Positions 49,701 through 60,690 of a stretch of DNA of 64,000 nucleotides are shown piece after piece. The notes below the pieces were generated by a model. The model saw nothing but the letters and a program-made list of their open reading frames with translations, ran no database searches and was not told the origin of the DNA. Origin of the DNA: Priapulus caudatus (lineage: Eukaryota); assembly GCF_000485595.1 (NCBI RefSeq), contig NW_014577070.1:175657-239656 (forward strand), read 5' to 3'. A program made the translations under genes and the position numbers. Position 1 is the first letter of the stretch, and the number at the start of each line of letters is the position of its first letter.

Positions 49701-51902
49701 TCACACTCTGCTAGAAATAGGCAGTGATGATTTCACCTGCAAAAGGTTCAGTCTGGGAGTGTAATCTTCTCTATCATGATCATTGTATCACAAGGTTGGC
49801 AACGCAGCTTCAGGATGCACAGCAGGAGTACCAGTCTCTCAGTGACATGCATGCCATACTCAAGCAACAGGTGGATGTGTTTAAGAGCAAGCTGGAAAGG
49901 TAAAGTCCGTTCACTAGGGTCGTGTAACTCGGTGGCCGTACTATTTTATGTTGGTGCCCTTAAAATTGGAGGGATCAAATGTGTTAACAACCCACGAAAA
50001 TTTTAATTTGGAACATGAGCCACATGGTGAAGACCACTGTCTGAGGCTACTACCACTACAAATAAATGAGTGTTATTTGATGAATTTTCCTTCAGTGAGT
50101 CGAGGCAGCTAGAGGAATCGGTAAAGGAGAAGAAAGCGATTCTCAGACAACTGAAAGAGAAAGATGGAACACTAAAGGGTAAGTAGTTTTGGTTCTTTAC
50201 CTTCTTGCCCCCCCCCCACCCACCCTTCCCCATTGGAGATACTGGATACATTATGTAGTTATCTCCATATCCCATCTATATGTGCCTGTATTATGATTAC
50301 TATTGTTGTTGTTATTATTAGTATTATTTTATATTTATGTCGCAGAGCTAACCTCAACCGTGAACAGTCAGAAGAAGGACCTTGTCAGAAAGGATGAGGA
50401 AAGCGATGAGATGGAGAAAGCCATGCAACAGCTATTAAAGGACCTGGAGTCCAACAAGAATAAGGTATCCACTCTATCTGTAGTTCTTTTGTAAATTAGG
50501 TTAAACAGTTTTACGCAAGTGTTTTGTTTCAAAATGCACATACATCTGTTTATAAACCCCTAATAGATAATTCATAAAATACATTATATGTCAGGAATAC
50601 CATCTGGTGAACGAGTGATTGACTTCTGTTCATCATGCAGATTCACTTTCCGAACTCTGTTGGAAGTATATACAAATGCGACCATGTAGCATTTATATTT
50701 AGTTTGGTACATTTAGTGAAGACAACACATATACTTGTGCCCCAGGTTTTATTTTGCTAATTTACTATTCTAAAACGTATATGCCACGTGGTGGTGATTA
50801 TCTGTACTCCTGACCAAACTACAAAGGAATACAAACAATCAGGAGCAAATAAAAAAAAACTTGGTTTTATTCAATCCTGAAACATTGTATATAGAAGATG
50901 GCCAAATTCAAACGTATGTGGGGCGTCAGGTGAGAAACACTACAAAAGTATCCTTTATGGCCAGGCATCCTAGAGATGGTTTCACTGTGTAACTGCCACT
51001 CATGGGATATAGCAGTAACCCTTATAGACAGGTGTCGATTCTATAGTGATGTCTGCTAATAAAATATTGGTGTTTGTGTGTATTCTGTTGTTGGATGTGT
51101 GTATTCTGTTGTTGAATGTGTGTATTCTGTTGTTGGATGTGTGTATTCTGTTGTTGAATGTGTGTATTCTGTTGTTGAATGTGTGTATTCTGTTGTTGGA
51201 TGTGTGTATTCTGTTGTTGAATGTGTGTATTCTGTTGTTGAATGTGTGTATTCTGTTGTTGGATGTGTGTATTCTGTTGTTGGATGTGTGTATTCTGTTG
51301 TTGGATGTGTGTATTCTGTTGTTGAATGTGTGTATTCTGTTGTTGAATGTGTGTATTCTGTTGTTGGATGTGTGTATTCTGTTGTTGGATGTGTGTATTC
51401 TGTTGTTGGATGTGTGTATTCTGTTGTTGAATGTGTGTATTCTGTTGTTGAATTGTGTGTATTCTGTTGTTGGATGTGTGTATTCTGTTGTTGAATGTGT
51501 GTATTCTGTTGTTGGATGTGTGTATTCTGTTGTTGGATGTGTGTATTCTGTTGTTGGATGTGTGCATTCTTGGTGATATGTTATATTATTCTCTCAACTT
51601 ATACAATATTTTATTTATTGTTATCAAATGATTGCGGTCAACGGGTTGCGTTTTGATCCACATTTGTATTCATTCTGTTGCACTTGCTCGGGTCTCTATC
51701 TCTACTGCCATCGTGTGCTCATGAGATGCTCTTGGTTTTCTGAATTTGTCTTGTGTAGATTACCGAGCTTGAGGCACAGGTGGAAGAGAAGGAGAAGACA
51801 ATGGCTGGCCTCATAGAGGAGTTGAACAAATATCAACAGATTGCCGGTCTAATGCAGAACATCAGCTCAAGCAAGGCACTGCCAACCCGCAGCAAGAAGT
51901 AA
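31175..51902 (+). CDS. CIP2A: CIP2A (KIAA1524) ARM-repeat plus coiled-coil protein. Coding exons 31175-31285, 34983-35136, 36823-36926, 37075-37163, 37479-37569, 37801-37926, 38427-38584, 38913-38988, 39524-39724, 39891-40032, 40263-40480, 45065-45171, 45660-45780, 47230-47280, 43905-44015 (intact copy; in-order copy 47386-47499 has indels), 49186-49373, 49795-49899, 50096-50178, 50346-50464, 51759-51902
   Basis: Exons translate colinearly with human CIP2A: CLRLLAKISY (CIQLLQKLTY), LTILANLT (LGLLANLC), RNVGQTVQIVFNVVLRGD..QHYAVDLFM (RNIHQTFQLIFNILINGD..KYSVDLLM), VLQLLLALC (VLELLLAFC), DQRIAEVL (DPRLITPL), EEKEKTMAGLIEELNKYQQIAGLMQNIS ([28 protein letters not shown]). Splice phases are consistent; some copies carry small indels. 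Confidence 0.88.
31344..31589. mobile_element. MITE with 9-bp TSD (Mutator-like) containing (TTAGGG)n
   Basis: ~48-bp TIR agatgcggctagcgacagggcgtcatccctatgttacg...; TSD tgatgaacg (31335-31343, 31590-31598); about 13 TTAGGG units. Confidence 0.88.
31728..33268. mobile_element. Internally deleted ISL2EU-like DNA transposon (THAP transposase start on +; SWIM-finger protein remnant on -)
   Basis: TIRs tagagggttccgcga / tcacggaaccttcta with subterminal similarity. 31903-31983 (+) reads SCGVVNCSNRYYQREPHSFFRLPSVIT (THAP N-terminus). About 32220-32751 (-) reads, with frameshifts, MDKYFDSLDNVAKARYLEKI...KSLDAYDW..GWV...AHCNYKAGLGEFCSHVASVLF (SWIM-type finger). Confidence 0.72.
32018..32212. mobile_element. 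Single arm of the foldback MITE family seen at 15521-16628
   Basis: cacagacgcttggagc...tttactaccaatgtcttaatg...ctctctttcgcct...tgctcctctgcaacacac aligns with 15521-15700. Confidence 0.75.
33547..34468 (+). other. Out-of-order duplicate of CIP2A exons 10-11 region (copy of 39821-40738); exons 33617-33758 and 33992-34212 are in frame here
   Basis: Near-identical to 39821-40738 apart from 1-nt indels; begins immediately after an N gap. Probably an assembly or gap-fill artefact. Confidence 0.8.
35474..36685 (+). mobile_element. Helentron/HINE-like non-autonomous element with internal tandem array (~145-bp units)
   Basis: Left hairpin gtatcccccgcgacgaagtcggcggtgatac plus (gcc)n; about 7 units containing ccaaacttggta...caggtcactgcgacctt...gaccttga; right end gggggatacatgtagttggcgacaactgccctttctagtt. 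Confidence 0.7.
38100..38410. repeat. Degenerate ~45-50-bp minisatellite abutting the CIP2A exon 7 acceptor
   Basis: Repeated cctgtgtgt...tggtgtaact.tat units. Confidence 0.7.
40033..40262 (+). other. U12-type (minor spliceosome) AT-AC intron of CIP2A
   Basis: 5' ATATCCTT; branch-like TTCTTGAC ending 6 nt before the terminal AC. The phase-1 junction G|AT restores the frame (..LLLLI-D-LWSSGNAELQ..), cleanly so in the duplicate copy 33759-33991. Confidence 0.85.
44738..45029 (-). mobile_element. 3' pseudo-LTR of a Penelope-like element
   Basis: 44840-45029 is nearly identical to 48645-48834 next to the RT fragment; 44739-44806 recurs inverted at about 48990-49057; contains the hammerhead motif. 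Confidence 0.75.
44796..44834 (-). ncRNA. Minimal type I hammerhead ribozyme motif in a Penelope-like pseudo-LTR
   Basis: Minus strand: CAC CUGACGA A GUGUCGC AGUA GCGCAC GAAA C GUC GUG. Has the conserved CUGANGA/GAAA core, stem II, palindromic ACGU stem III and a 3-bp stem I. Confidence 0.7.
45841..46184. mobile_element. Tc1/mariner-type (pogo/Tigger-like) MITE; second copy about 41494-41837
   Basis: TA-CAGTACACAATCTATTATC...GATAA..TAGATTGTGTGTACTG-TA termini. Confidence 0.65.
48282..49058 (-). mobile_element. 5'-truncated Penelope-like retroelement (RT C-terminal region), with pLTR and an inverted pLTR piece
   Basis: ORF 48063-48821 contains LSTSVYRKPTHTDQYIPFDSHHPISVKRGLVKCLFDRAERI...LGKNGYPRRFI...VLPFIDGISQQLKRRL, the typical PLE RT thumb/linker. 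The rest lies in an N gap. Confidence 0.88.
51075..51565. repeat. 21-bp minisatellite (gtgtgtattctgttgttgRat), about 23 copies
   Basis: Direct inspection; explains the NTHIQQQ and VCILLL pseudo-ORFs. Confidence 0.95.
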
Positions 51903-53206
51903 ACGCACACGCTGAATGAATGCACGGAGGTGGTGGCGCGAGAATGAAGAAGCTGCCACGAGATGGCGCTGCGGCCTGCCGCGCCACCCGTTGAACTGTG
52001 TGTGAGACCGTGATACCAGCTGTAGCGTAGGGGGTTGGGATGCAGCTTTGTCAGGTGGTAACGATGCATCAAAGCATCATTTCATTGCAGTAATGCTTGG
52101 TTCAATATCGATTGCAAAGTGATACACCGATAACTATCGCTGATAGTTTACTGAACAAGCGATAGTTTTCGATAGTTTCAACATTAAACGACCAGGTTAG
52201 TTCATCCACTGCTGAATATATGTTTTCTCGCATAAATGTGTCTAAAAACCAGGTGGGCACTGCTGTATAACAACCACCAGTATTTATTACGCCAGGAGGG
52301 ACAAGTGGAAATGCGAAATTTCTGTAGTTAAGTGTAATGAGTGAACAAAACAGTACTAGATGAACTTTGGAGATTTTAATATATTCTCAGAATTCATAAC
52401 TCATAAATTTCTATAATTCATATGTGTATAGGATTATGATAAGGTAGGTGTAGTGGTACGACGGGTAGTAATCATATGCTTGCCTTAAAGGTCAGAAATA
52501 ATGGGATGCCAAGTAAACAAATTCATAATGATGTTATCCTCATCGTGATGTTAGGCTGGTGCGAGCAGAAATGTCCACTAACAGTTTACTGTTAGCATTA
52601 CGGGTATTGAGTACCGGTGGTTGTTATAGAGTGCCCAACTGAAAACCATTACAGTGTTTTCATTTACATTCATTCATTGCATGCATTGCATTCATTGCAT
52701 TGTTTTCATTTACATTCATTCATTGCATTTTTCATACATTCAGTCATTTCATTTACATTCATTCATTTTCATTTACATTCGGTCATTGCTGTGAATAATT
52801 CGGTTTCTTATCCATGCATCATCCACTCATCTAACTCACTCGCTGTCAACGAGCGTGTGAGTGCAACGACAGGGTGCTAGTAAAGAATATTAACCAAAGC
52901 GTACGTACATACCAACGTACAAGTGTCGATATAATATCATACACAGTTTCATAATTGGTCAATATCATCTCTTTTTTTAATTAATGAAATAGTATCGGCA
53001 ATAGTATTTCAATTATCCCAATGCTATTCCAATAATAAAATTGCACCCAATAATCGCCCCTGCAGAATTGCTGTGTGAGTGCGCGTGCGCGCGTACGTGC
53101 GTGTGTGCGTGAGTGTGTGCAGGCGTGCGCGCGCGCGTGTGTATGCGTGCGTGTGTGCGTGCGTGCGTGCGTGCGTACGTGTGTGGGTGTGTGTGTGTGT
53201 GTGTGT

Positions 53207-53246
<40 letters not shown>

Positions 53247-54448
53247 AACAGCTGCCAGGTCGTGTTCAAAGTGCAAATTTAATAAGCAGTTGAACGTTGT
53301 ACCCCGATAAGAGGATTTTTTAATGTAAATAAAGACTTTTATATTGTGCGTTCAATATAAGGGAGTACAGAGCATCAAGTTGTGTTGCATAAAAAATTTG
53401 TACGAGTGCGTATGTGTGTATGCGTGTGCGAGCCTGCGTGTGCGTTCGTGTGTGCGTGTGTTCGCGCGTACCTGCGTGCGTGCTTGCGTACATGTTTACC
53501 TGGCTTAGTGGGCAGTCATTGGTGGAGGGTTTGTTCGATATTTGAATTCAGTAATCAGCATGTAATTTTATTATTGATAAAATGGCGAGAGAAAGGCTAG
53601 CGCTACTGTCAGTAAAAGAACATTTATTTAAAACTCAAATTATTAAGCGTCTGTTTTCGTACATCTTTGTTTCTAATATTAGCACACCATATTACTGCAT
53701 GCTAGCATGCAGCATCAGACGACTTCGTGACAGGCACATTACACATCTACGCGCTACACGTAAAGGTGACTTTGAGGTCGTGTACATGCGATGCTCTATA
53801 TTAACGCGTAAACAATGGACACGTGTTACCAATGCGCGTATATACGAATCTAAGAACAATATATACGAATCTGTAATACGAATCTGTAATACGAATCTGT
53901 GATAGCGCGTGTGGAATTGTCCTCATATTTGTCGCTATAGTAACTGTTGCTAAGGCGTATCAGCGGCGCCACAACTACGTATTATAATCGTTCGTCGGAT
54001 GATGTGATGCATAACAACTCTCGTTGGCATGAAGAGGCTAAAAAAGGCTCATTTTGTTTGCCTGTCAAACGTAAATATCAAAGCGTGATACAATATTAAT
54101 GGCGCCTGCTTTATTCGTGTGACAATACGATACGAGACAGCGACGCTGAAATTCGAATAAGGCTAGTTCGTCACAAGTCACGCGTGGCGGATACGAGAGC
54201 GAGTTGGAAGTTGTGCGGCTGCCTTCTTGAAGGCGAGTGCTAAACATGCGCATGATATATGAGAGTCGCTGATGATTCAACGGCGCGTGCTGGCACGGCC
54301 TTCGTCGTCGTCTGAAGGTGACTCTTGCTACTAAAAAATCAGTACTTGCCATGTTATATGACGTGATATATTCACTCACAAACTGTCTGGAAGCTGGGGT
54401 GTGGGGGGAAAGGATTAGAGGGGATGCTGAGGGTCTCAGTGAAACCTA

Positions 54449-55414
54449 AAGGGGTGGACACACTAGGCGATTTATCATGCGATCGAGCCGGCCGGCTCAG
54501 TCAGGCGACTCTGTGGACACACTACGCGACTGAGTCAGGCGACTCTGTGGACACACTACGCGACTGAGTCGGGCGACTCTGTGGACACACTACGCGACTG
54601 AGTCGGGCGACTCTGTGGACACACTACGCGACCGAGTCGGGCGACTCTGTGGACACACTACGCGACCGAGTCGGGCGACTCTGTGGACACACTACGCGAC
54701 TGAGTCGTGTGCCCGGGTCGCGAATTTTTTTTTCCTACACGTTATATCCATTGGGCTTGATATACGCATATCAACTTCCGCATATCAATTAATTTCCGTA
54801 TATCAAGGAATGATGCAAAAATTCTAACCCTAATCCTAACCCCAACCCTAACCCTAACCCCAACCCTAACCCTAACCCTAACCATAATCCTAACCCCAAC
54901 CCTAACCCTAACCCGAAAGCCAACACTAACTATAAAAAAACTAAACTATACTAACAAACTATAAAATAACTATATAACTATATATAACTATATAACAAAC
55001 TCTAACAAACTATACTAACTAAACTATAAACAAACTAATCGGCTTATATACTATCTATCGTATCCCAAACACTATCTATGGTGTGGTCAAATCAAAGCAG
55101 CCAATCAGAGGAGCCCGATGGATATAACGTGTAGGAAAAAAAAATTCGCGCCCGGGTCTGCGATCGAGTCGGCCGATTGTACAATTCATCAGCCAATCAG
55201 CGTGCTGAAAATCCACAGAGTCGCCCGACTCAGTCGCATAGTGTGTCCACAGAGTCGCCCTACGCGATTGTAGCCGCGCGACTCAAATAATTATCAAAAC
55301 ATGTTTGAATCGGGGGACTCGGCCGACCGACTCGAAAATCGATGCGACTCACTGGACACACTACGCGATTTTTCATGCGATCGAGCGAAAAATCGCCTAG
55401 TGTGTCCACCCCTT
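54449..55414. mobile_element. Harbinger-like MITE with internal 34-bp tandem repeats, hosting a nested MITE
   Basis: aggggtggacacactaggcgattt ... aaatcgcctagtgtgtccacccct in TAA/TTA context; about 6 copies of gactctgtggacacactacgcgactgagtcgggc. Confidence 0.75.
54720..55149. mobile_element. MITE with 9-bp TSD (Mutator-like) containing a (TAACCC)n tract
   Basis: TIR gcgaatttttttttcctacacgttatatccattgggc / gcccgatggatataacgtgtaggaaaaaaaaattcgc; TSD gcccgggtc (54711-54719, 55150-55158). Confidence 0.88.
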
Positions 55415-56581
55415 AAGCCTAGGACACACTAGCGATTCTGTACGCTGCCCGGCAGCGTATATTTTCGCTCACGATTTTAGAACGCCGTACGAGTTGCGCG
55501 TACAGCTGGACACACACTGCGATTTTGTACGCTGGCCGTGTTACATGTACATGTACGTGTGTACATGTACATGTACGTGTAGTCCGCAAATGCAGACGTT
55601 ATAACTCCGCTTTGTTAATCTGAGGGTGCGGGTTTATCGTCTGCAGTCACCCTTGTAAAAATTGTTGCAATTTTTGTTGTGGGCATTGGATAGGTAAATC
55701 GAGTAGCACTGAGAGCGTGACGGGGGTATATCCGACCCAAAATATCAAGTACAGACCTTCTGTTTGTCAATATCGCTTTCCAAAGACTTTATCTCCGCTT
55801 CAGAACTTTGTTTTCATGCAATAATTCATCCTAGCATGAGTAACTTCGATATTTTTGGCCATATTCATTTCGATCGGCCAATGAAATTCACTTCCGGTAG
55901 CTTCGGGTTCACTCGGAAATAATTAAGATTAGCCGGACCATGACCGGACCATAGATGGCGCGGACTATGTTTGAACATCGGGAATAGCCGAAGTAACCGG
56001 AAGTGATTTTCATTGGTTGACAAATGTGAATGAAGACAGACCATTTTGGGATGATGTATATATTTACCATTAGGTTAACAACTTGATATATTCTTATGTT
56101 GTGGTTTCTACCAGGACATCATAGCGTGCATGCACGTAGATAAATGATTCAAGTTCAGATTAAAGTAAGTTGTAAAGTACAGACTGTATGTCATAGTTGG
56201 TCTCTCGAGTCTCTCGTCTATCGTCAGTCGAGTTCTCTGACCATAAAATGGCCAAATCATCCTCCTTCTGCATAGTTCACACTTCTTGTGTGTACGCTGT
56301 TATTTTATGCATCATGTGACTGCTTTACTAAACTTGATTGGCTGCTGAAAGAAATCGCGCGCGAACATGTGGACACAATGTCGTATTTGTACGCACGCGA
56401 TCGAAAACCGGGCGGAAATATTCAACATGTCGAATACGAGCGATGCGCCGGGCGTATCGAATCGCGAGCGAAATACGCTGCCGTGAGACCGGACACACCG
56501 CACGGACCCGGCACCGTATTTATCGATCGCAAGTATATAAAGCGGCCAGCGTAGAAAATCGCGCAGTGTGTCCTAGGCTTT
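55415..56581. mobile_element. Harbinger-like non-autonomous element directly abutting the previous one
   Basis: agcctaggacacactagcgatt ... aatcgcgcagtgtgtcctaggct, TAA/TTA flanks. Confidence 0.65.
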
Positions 56582-56712
56582 AACTACTGCACATAGGCAC
56601 ACACAACTATAAGTATAACCACGGTACGTTAAATTTTAAGCCATATATACGCGAGACGGAAAATATGTGACAACAGTCATACGAAAACACCACACCACGG
56701 GACACACACGCA

Positions 56713-56744
<32 letters not shown>

Positions 56745-57277
56745 TACACACACACACACGACAAATGAGCCTGAGGAGCATTCACACGGGAGGGGGGGGT
56801 TGTTCGTGTTGATTCTTGCTAACACACACACACAGACATTTCACGCGAATCCACCCTTCAACAAACCAATCCTTCATTCATCTTCATCTCACGTTAGTTA
56901 AGGTTCAGCATCTATGCAGCTAAGGGTAAACGTTTGCTATTGGGTGTCGGTATCCAGCAATCGGCGTCGCCGATGAATTGACTGATAAGATCGCTCCTCT
57001 GGTTGTTCGTGTTTGCACGAGGAAAACAGAGCCGTGATACAATCACACACAACAGCCGCGCAGCAGCGAACGCCGTCTCTCACACATCAACTCACTATCG
57101 AATCACCATCGGTGCCAAACCACTGGGTCCACTGCAGAGGGATTCTGAACCCAGAGAGAGAGAGGGGGAGAGAGATATGGAGAGAAAGAGCGAGAGAGGG
57201 AGAGAGGGAGGCAGAGAGGTAGAGAGAGAGAGGAGGAGAGAGGAGAGGAGGAGAGAGATAGAGAGAGNNNNNNNNNN

Positions 57278-57729
57278 GTAGCCGCGCGACTCAAATAATT
57301 ATCAAACATGTTTGAATCGGGCGACTCGGCCGGCCGACTCGAAAATCGATGCGACTCCCCGGGCACACTACGCGATTGTAGCCGCGCGACTCAAATAATT
57401 ATCAAACATGTTTGAATCGGGCGACTCGGCCGGCCGACTCGAAAATCGATGCGACTCCCCGGGCACACTACGCGATTGTAGCCGCGCGACTCAAATAATT
57501 ATCAAACATGTTTGAATCGGGCGACTCGGCCGGCCGACTCGAAAATCGATGCGACTCCCCGGGCACACTACGCGATTGTAGCCGCGCGACTCAAATAATT
57601 ATCAGACATGTTTGAATCGGGCGACTCGGCCGGCCGACTCGAAAATCGATGCGACTCACTGGACACACTACGCGATTTTTTATGCGATCGAGCCGGCCGG
57701 TCGAAATCGCCTAATGTGTCCACCCCTTT
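57278..57729. repeat. 100-bp tandem repeat (about 4 copies) ending in the same TIR as the 54449-55414 element
   Basis: gtagccgcgcgactcaaataattatcaaacatg... recurs at 57278, 57378, 57478 and 57578; ends tgtgtccacccctt. Confidence 0.85.
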
Positions 57730-58047
57730 AGGAGAAGGTAGAAGGGTCTCGGTGAAACCACTCCCGGAGGGAGGGCAGTGAGATCACGCCTAGAAGAGGA
57801 AGATTGGGGAGACAGTGAGACCACGCCCAGAGCGATGGCAGTGGAGGGGGCGTGGCAAGTTGCTGTCATGCCACTTCCAGGAGAGAGGCTATAGGGAGGG
57901 AGACTCGAGAGATCAAGCGAGGTGACTTTCCTGGGGAGGAGCTCGAGAGATGGTACGTTGTTTGAGTGAGACGAGGACTCTTATAGTGGAGGACTGGAGA
58001 GAACGTCTAGCCTCGCTGTAGTTAATATTTATGTAGTTATATTAGTT

Positions 58048-58191
58048 AACTAGAAAGGGCAGTTGTCGCCAACTACATGTATCCCCCGTGTTTTCCCCAA
58101 GATAGAGCGAAAGGGAAATTGTCTGCGGCGGCGGCGGCGGCTGGGGAGACATGAAACCATAGTATCCCCCGCCGACTTTGTCGCGGGAGAT

Positions 58192-58195
<4 letters not shown>
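58048..58195 (-). mobile_element. Short, array-less copy of the Helentron/HINE-like element at 35474-36685
   Basis: Its reverse complement reproduces both termini of 35474-36685 joined almost directly. Confidence 0.75.
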
Positions 58196-58237
<42 letters not shown>

Positions 58238-58394
58238 ACAAAACAATAGTAGCAAGTTGCCAGCAGCGCTGACGCCCTGCATATCACTTCACAGCAATTG
58301 AACAGTGAGCGGCAGTCCACCCTTCTCTCTTCTTCGAGTTCCTTCTTTTCCCTGTAGCAGTTAACGTTCGCCTCGTCGTCATTCCTCTCTCTCG

Positions 58395-59047
58395 CTAAAC
58401 CTCCCCTCCCAGGAGATCATCCCCCTCCTCTTCGATCGGCCTCGGCCCGCCGACTCCACCCTTCTGCCGCAGTTCGTAGCCGTAGGCGACATCTAGCGGA
58501 GCGTAGCCCTCCTCGTGTGACTCGATCTTCAGGCCACGGCGGCGCAGGTAGTAGCGCACGAGCGCGTAAATCATCATCATATAGACAATATTGGCGGCGT
58601 AGTGCCACGTGTAGATGACGGTGATCATCATCATCTCACCGTGGTCGGACTCGTCCCACGACGTGGCGCCCGGCAGCGGGTTGTACAGCACGAGTGCGGC
58701 CTGCATGAACCAGGTTCCCTGTATCAGCGTGAAGAAGGCGCGCGCGAGCACGGTGAGCGCGTTGCAGCGGTATCGCATCTCGAGCAGCGTCGACAGCGCG
58801 CAGGCGAACACCGTGTAGTAGAGCAGCACGTGCAGCTGCACGTTCATTTCGCTGCGGCCGTGCAGATGCTGGACGAAGAGCAGACCCTCGATGAAGAAGC
58901 CGAGGCAGAGTGCGACGTAGTCGATGCCGGCAGGTAGCGCCACCCTGTAGAAGACCAGCACGTCGATGGCGCCGCTCAACGCGAAGAAAAAGTACATGCT
59001 GCTGTGCTGCGCGTTGCCCAGGTGTACGAACTTGCCGTCCTGAAAGG
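58395..59047 (-). CDS. TMEM45: TMEM45-family (DUF716) transmembrane protein, last coding exon
   Basis: gcacag acceptor. Reads (A)FQDGKFVHLGNAQHSSMYFFFALSGAIDVL...FIEGLLFVQHLHGRSEMNVQLHVLL...QGTWFMQAALVLY...WH; the N.QH..MY, EG.LF..H.HGR, QG.WF.Q and WH motifs are typical of TMEM45. Confidence 0.92.
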
Positions 59048-59283
59048 CTGTGCGACGACAGCAACGACGACAGGAGATGACTTTTGCTCTGTTTCACTCG
59101 GAATTTTTATTTTATTTTAACGGCTCAACACTATTGCATTTATCATATATTTTCTCTATGAAAAAGACTGTCTTCAGTACATGTACTTGTATTTGAATTC
59201 CATGCAATAAAGATTTAATAATAATAATAATGATAATAATAATAATAATAATTATAATAATAACAATAATAATAATAATAATA

Positions 59284-60690
59284 AATGTCCTGGGTATGAC
59301 TTAAAACTGCGTCCGGTTGTGGAGTTTCAACGTGGGAGAATGAGGTTACCCTTTGCCACAACTACCTCCAGGTCACCCTTGAGCAAGGTGTAGCACCTGT
59401 TAGCTCTCCCCGAGACCTTGAAGTACCGTGTTGTTCTCTTGGGCTAAATAATAGGACCACATCACATCCTTATATTGATCCTTTGTCCACTGGTTTCTTG
59501 TTTTTCTGTTGGTTATTTCTGCGTTGGTGGACTGTGCCTGCGGTGTTGGTGCTGCTTCAGTTAGGCCAACTTGAGATTGGATCTCGGTCTAGTTGCTATC
59601 TGAAGCTTGGCTGTTAAGGTTTGCCGACTCAATAACCGATTTTTCGACCTCAGCTTCTTCGGCGATCACTGAGGGACGCGCTCCTTGTTGACCCGCGCAA
59701 CGAGCGATGCGGTATGACTTTCGTATTGGCTTATTCATCATGGTATGATATTTACTATTTAACCCAAAGTTAGGACAAACTTTCCTGGACATCAGGGCAC
59801 GTAGGACCGTAGGTCCGTGGACCGTAATGTCACAGTTATCGGGAGTTTGCTACTCCAGATCGAGAGCGGTATTTTTATCGAGACACCATCTCTAGGGGGT
59901 TGCCATTCAAGGCTAAAGAGTCCCTCCTACCCATGGGACAGACTTGCCCCCGTCGGACGCCAACCCGAGCAGCTTAGTAGAGATTCGATCTTCCATATCC
60001 ACTACTGATTCAGCTTCATTGGTATCCGTATGCTGCGGTGTTTGTTCAGCCTCGGGCTCGGGGGTTGTAGGTCTTCAGGTTGCTTAGTGGGGATAAGTGT
60101 TGGTTGCGATGCATTATTTTTCTTTCGCACAGCTGCCACTATCTGTTCAGGTTCAGTATCGGTGAGCTTCTTGTTCTTAATAATCCACCTCCTGGTATTA
60201 GCAAGAGTATTTGAATTGGTGGCTGGAAAGATGTTTGGATTCCTGCCTCGCCAGATCGTGTATGTACCTTTTACTACCCCGCCATTTGAAACTCAGGCAA
60301 TCCCTCTAGATCAACGCAGAAGCCTGAAAAAGATTCATCTCAACAAGGCAATACGGCACGATATTCAAGCTGCAAATCAGGCCCTCACCAATATCATCAA
60401 AGATAACCATCTAAACTTATCAGAAATCAATGAATTAATGTACGCGACTGCTGCTGTTATTGCTGGAGAGATAAAAGAGAGAGTCACAAAGCCCACAGTA
60501 GAACCAACATAGAAGAAGAGAATCAGAACAAAAATTGAAAACCATCGCAAGGACCTCTCCATCCTTAGCGAAATAAAAAAAGGTGTCACAACAAAACAAG
60601 TACATGCCAAGGCCAGGAGCATCTTATGCAAGAGCCGTATGAAGAATACGACCGTATGCGAGCTCGAACAAGAAATAAAGATAAAGCTAC
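59284..60690. mobile_element. Degraded R4/Dong-like non-LTR retrotransposon, 5' portion, partly inverted, next to a (TAA)n tract
   Basis: + strand 60287-60690: LSEINELMYATAAVI...EPT*KKRIRTKIENHRKDLSIL. - strand pieces: RNQWTKDQYKDVMWSYY (about 59450-59500) and IWRGRNP...TLANTRRWIIKNKKL (about 60160-60260). These resemble R4-clade N-terminal motifs. (TAA)n at 59218-59283. Confidence 0.6.

Noticed and set aside
50465..50472. GTATCCAC donor as a second U12 intron
   Set aside because: Lacks the TT at +7/+8 and no U12 branch site is visible before the acceptor at 51758.
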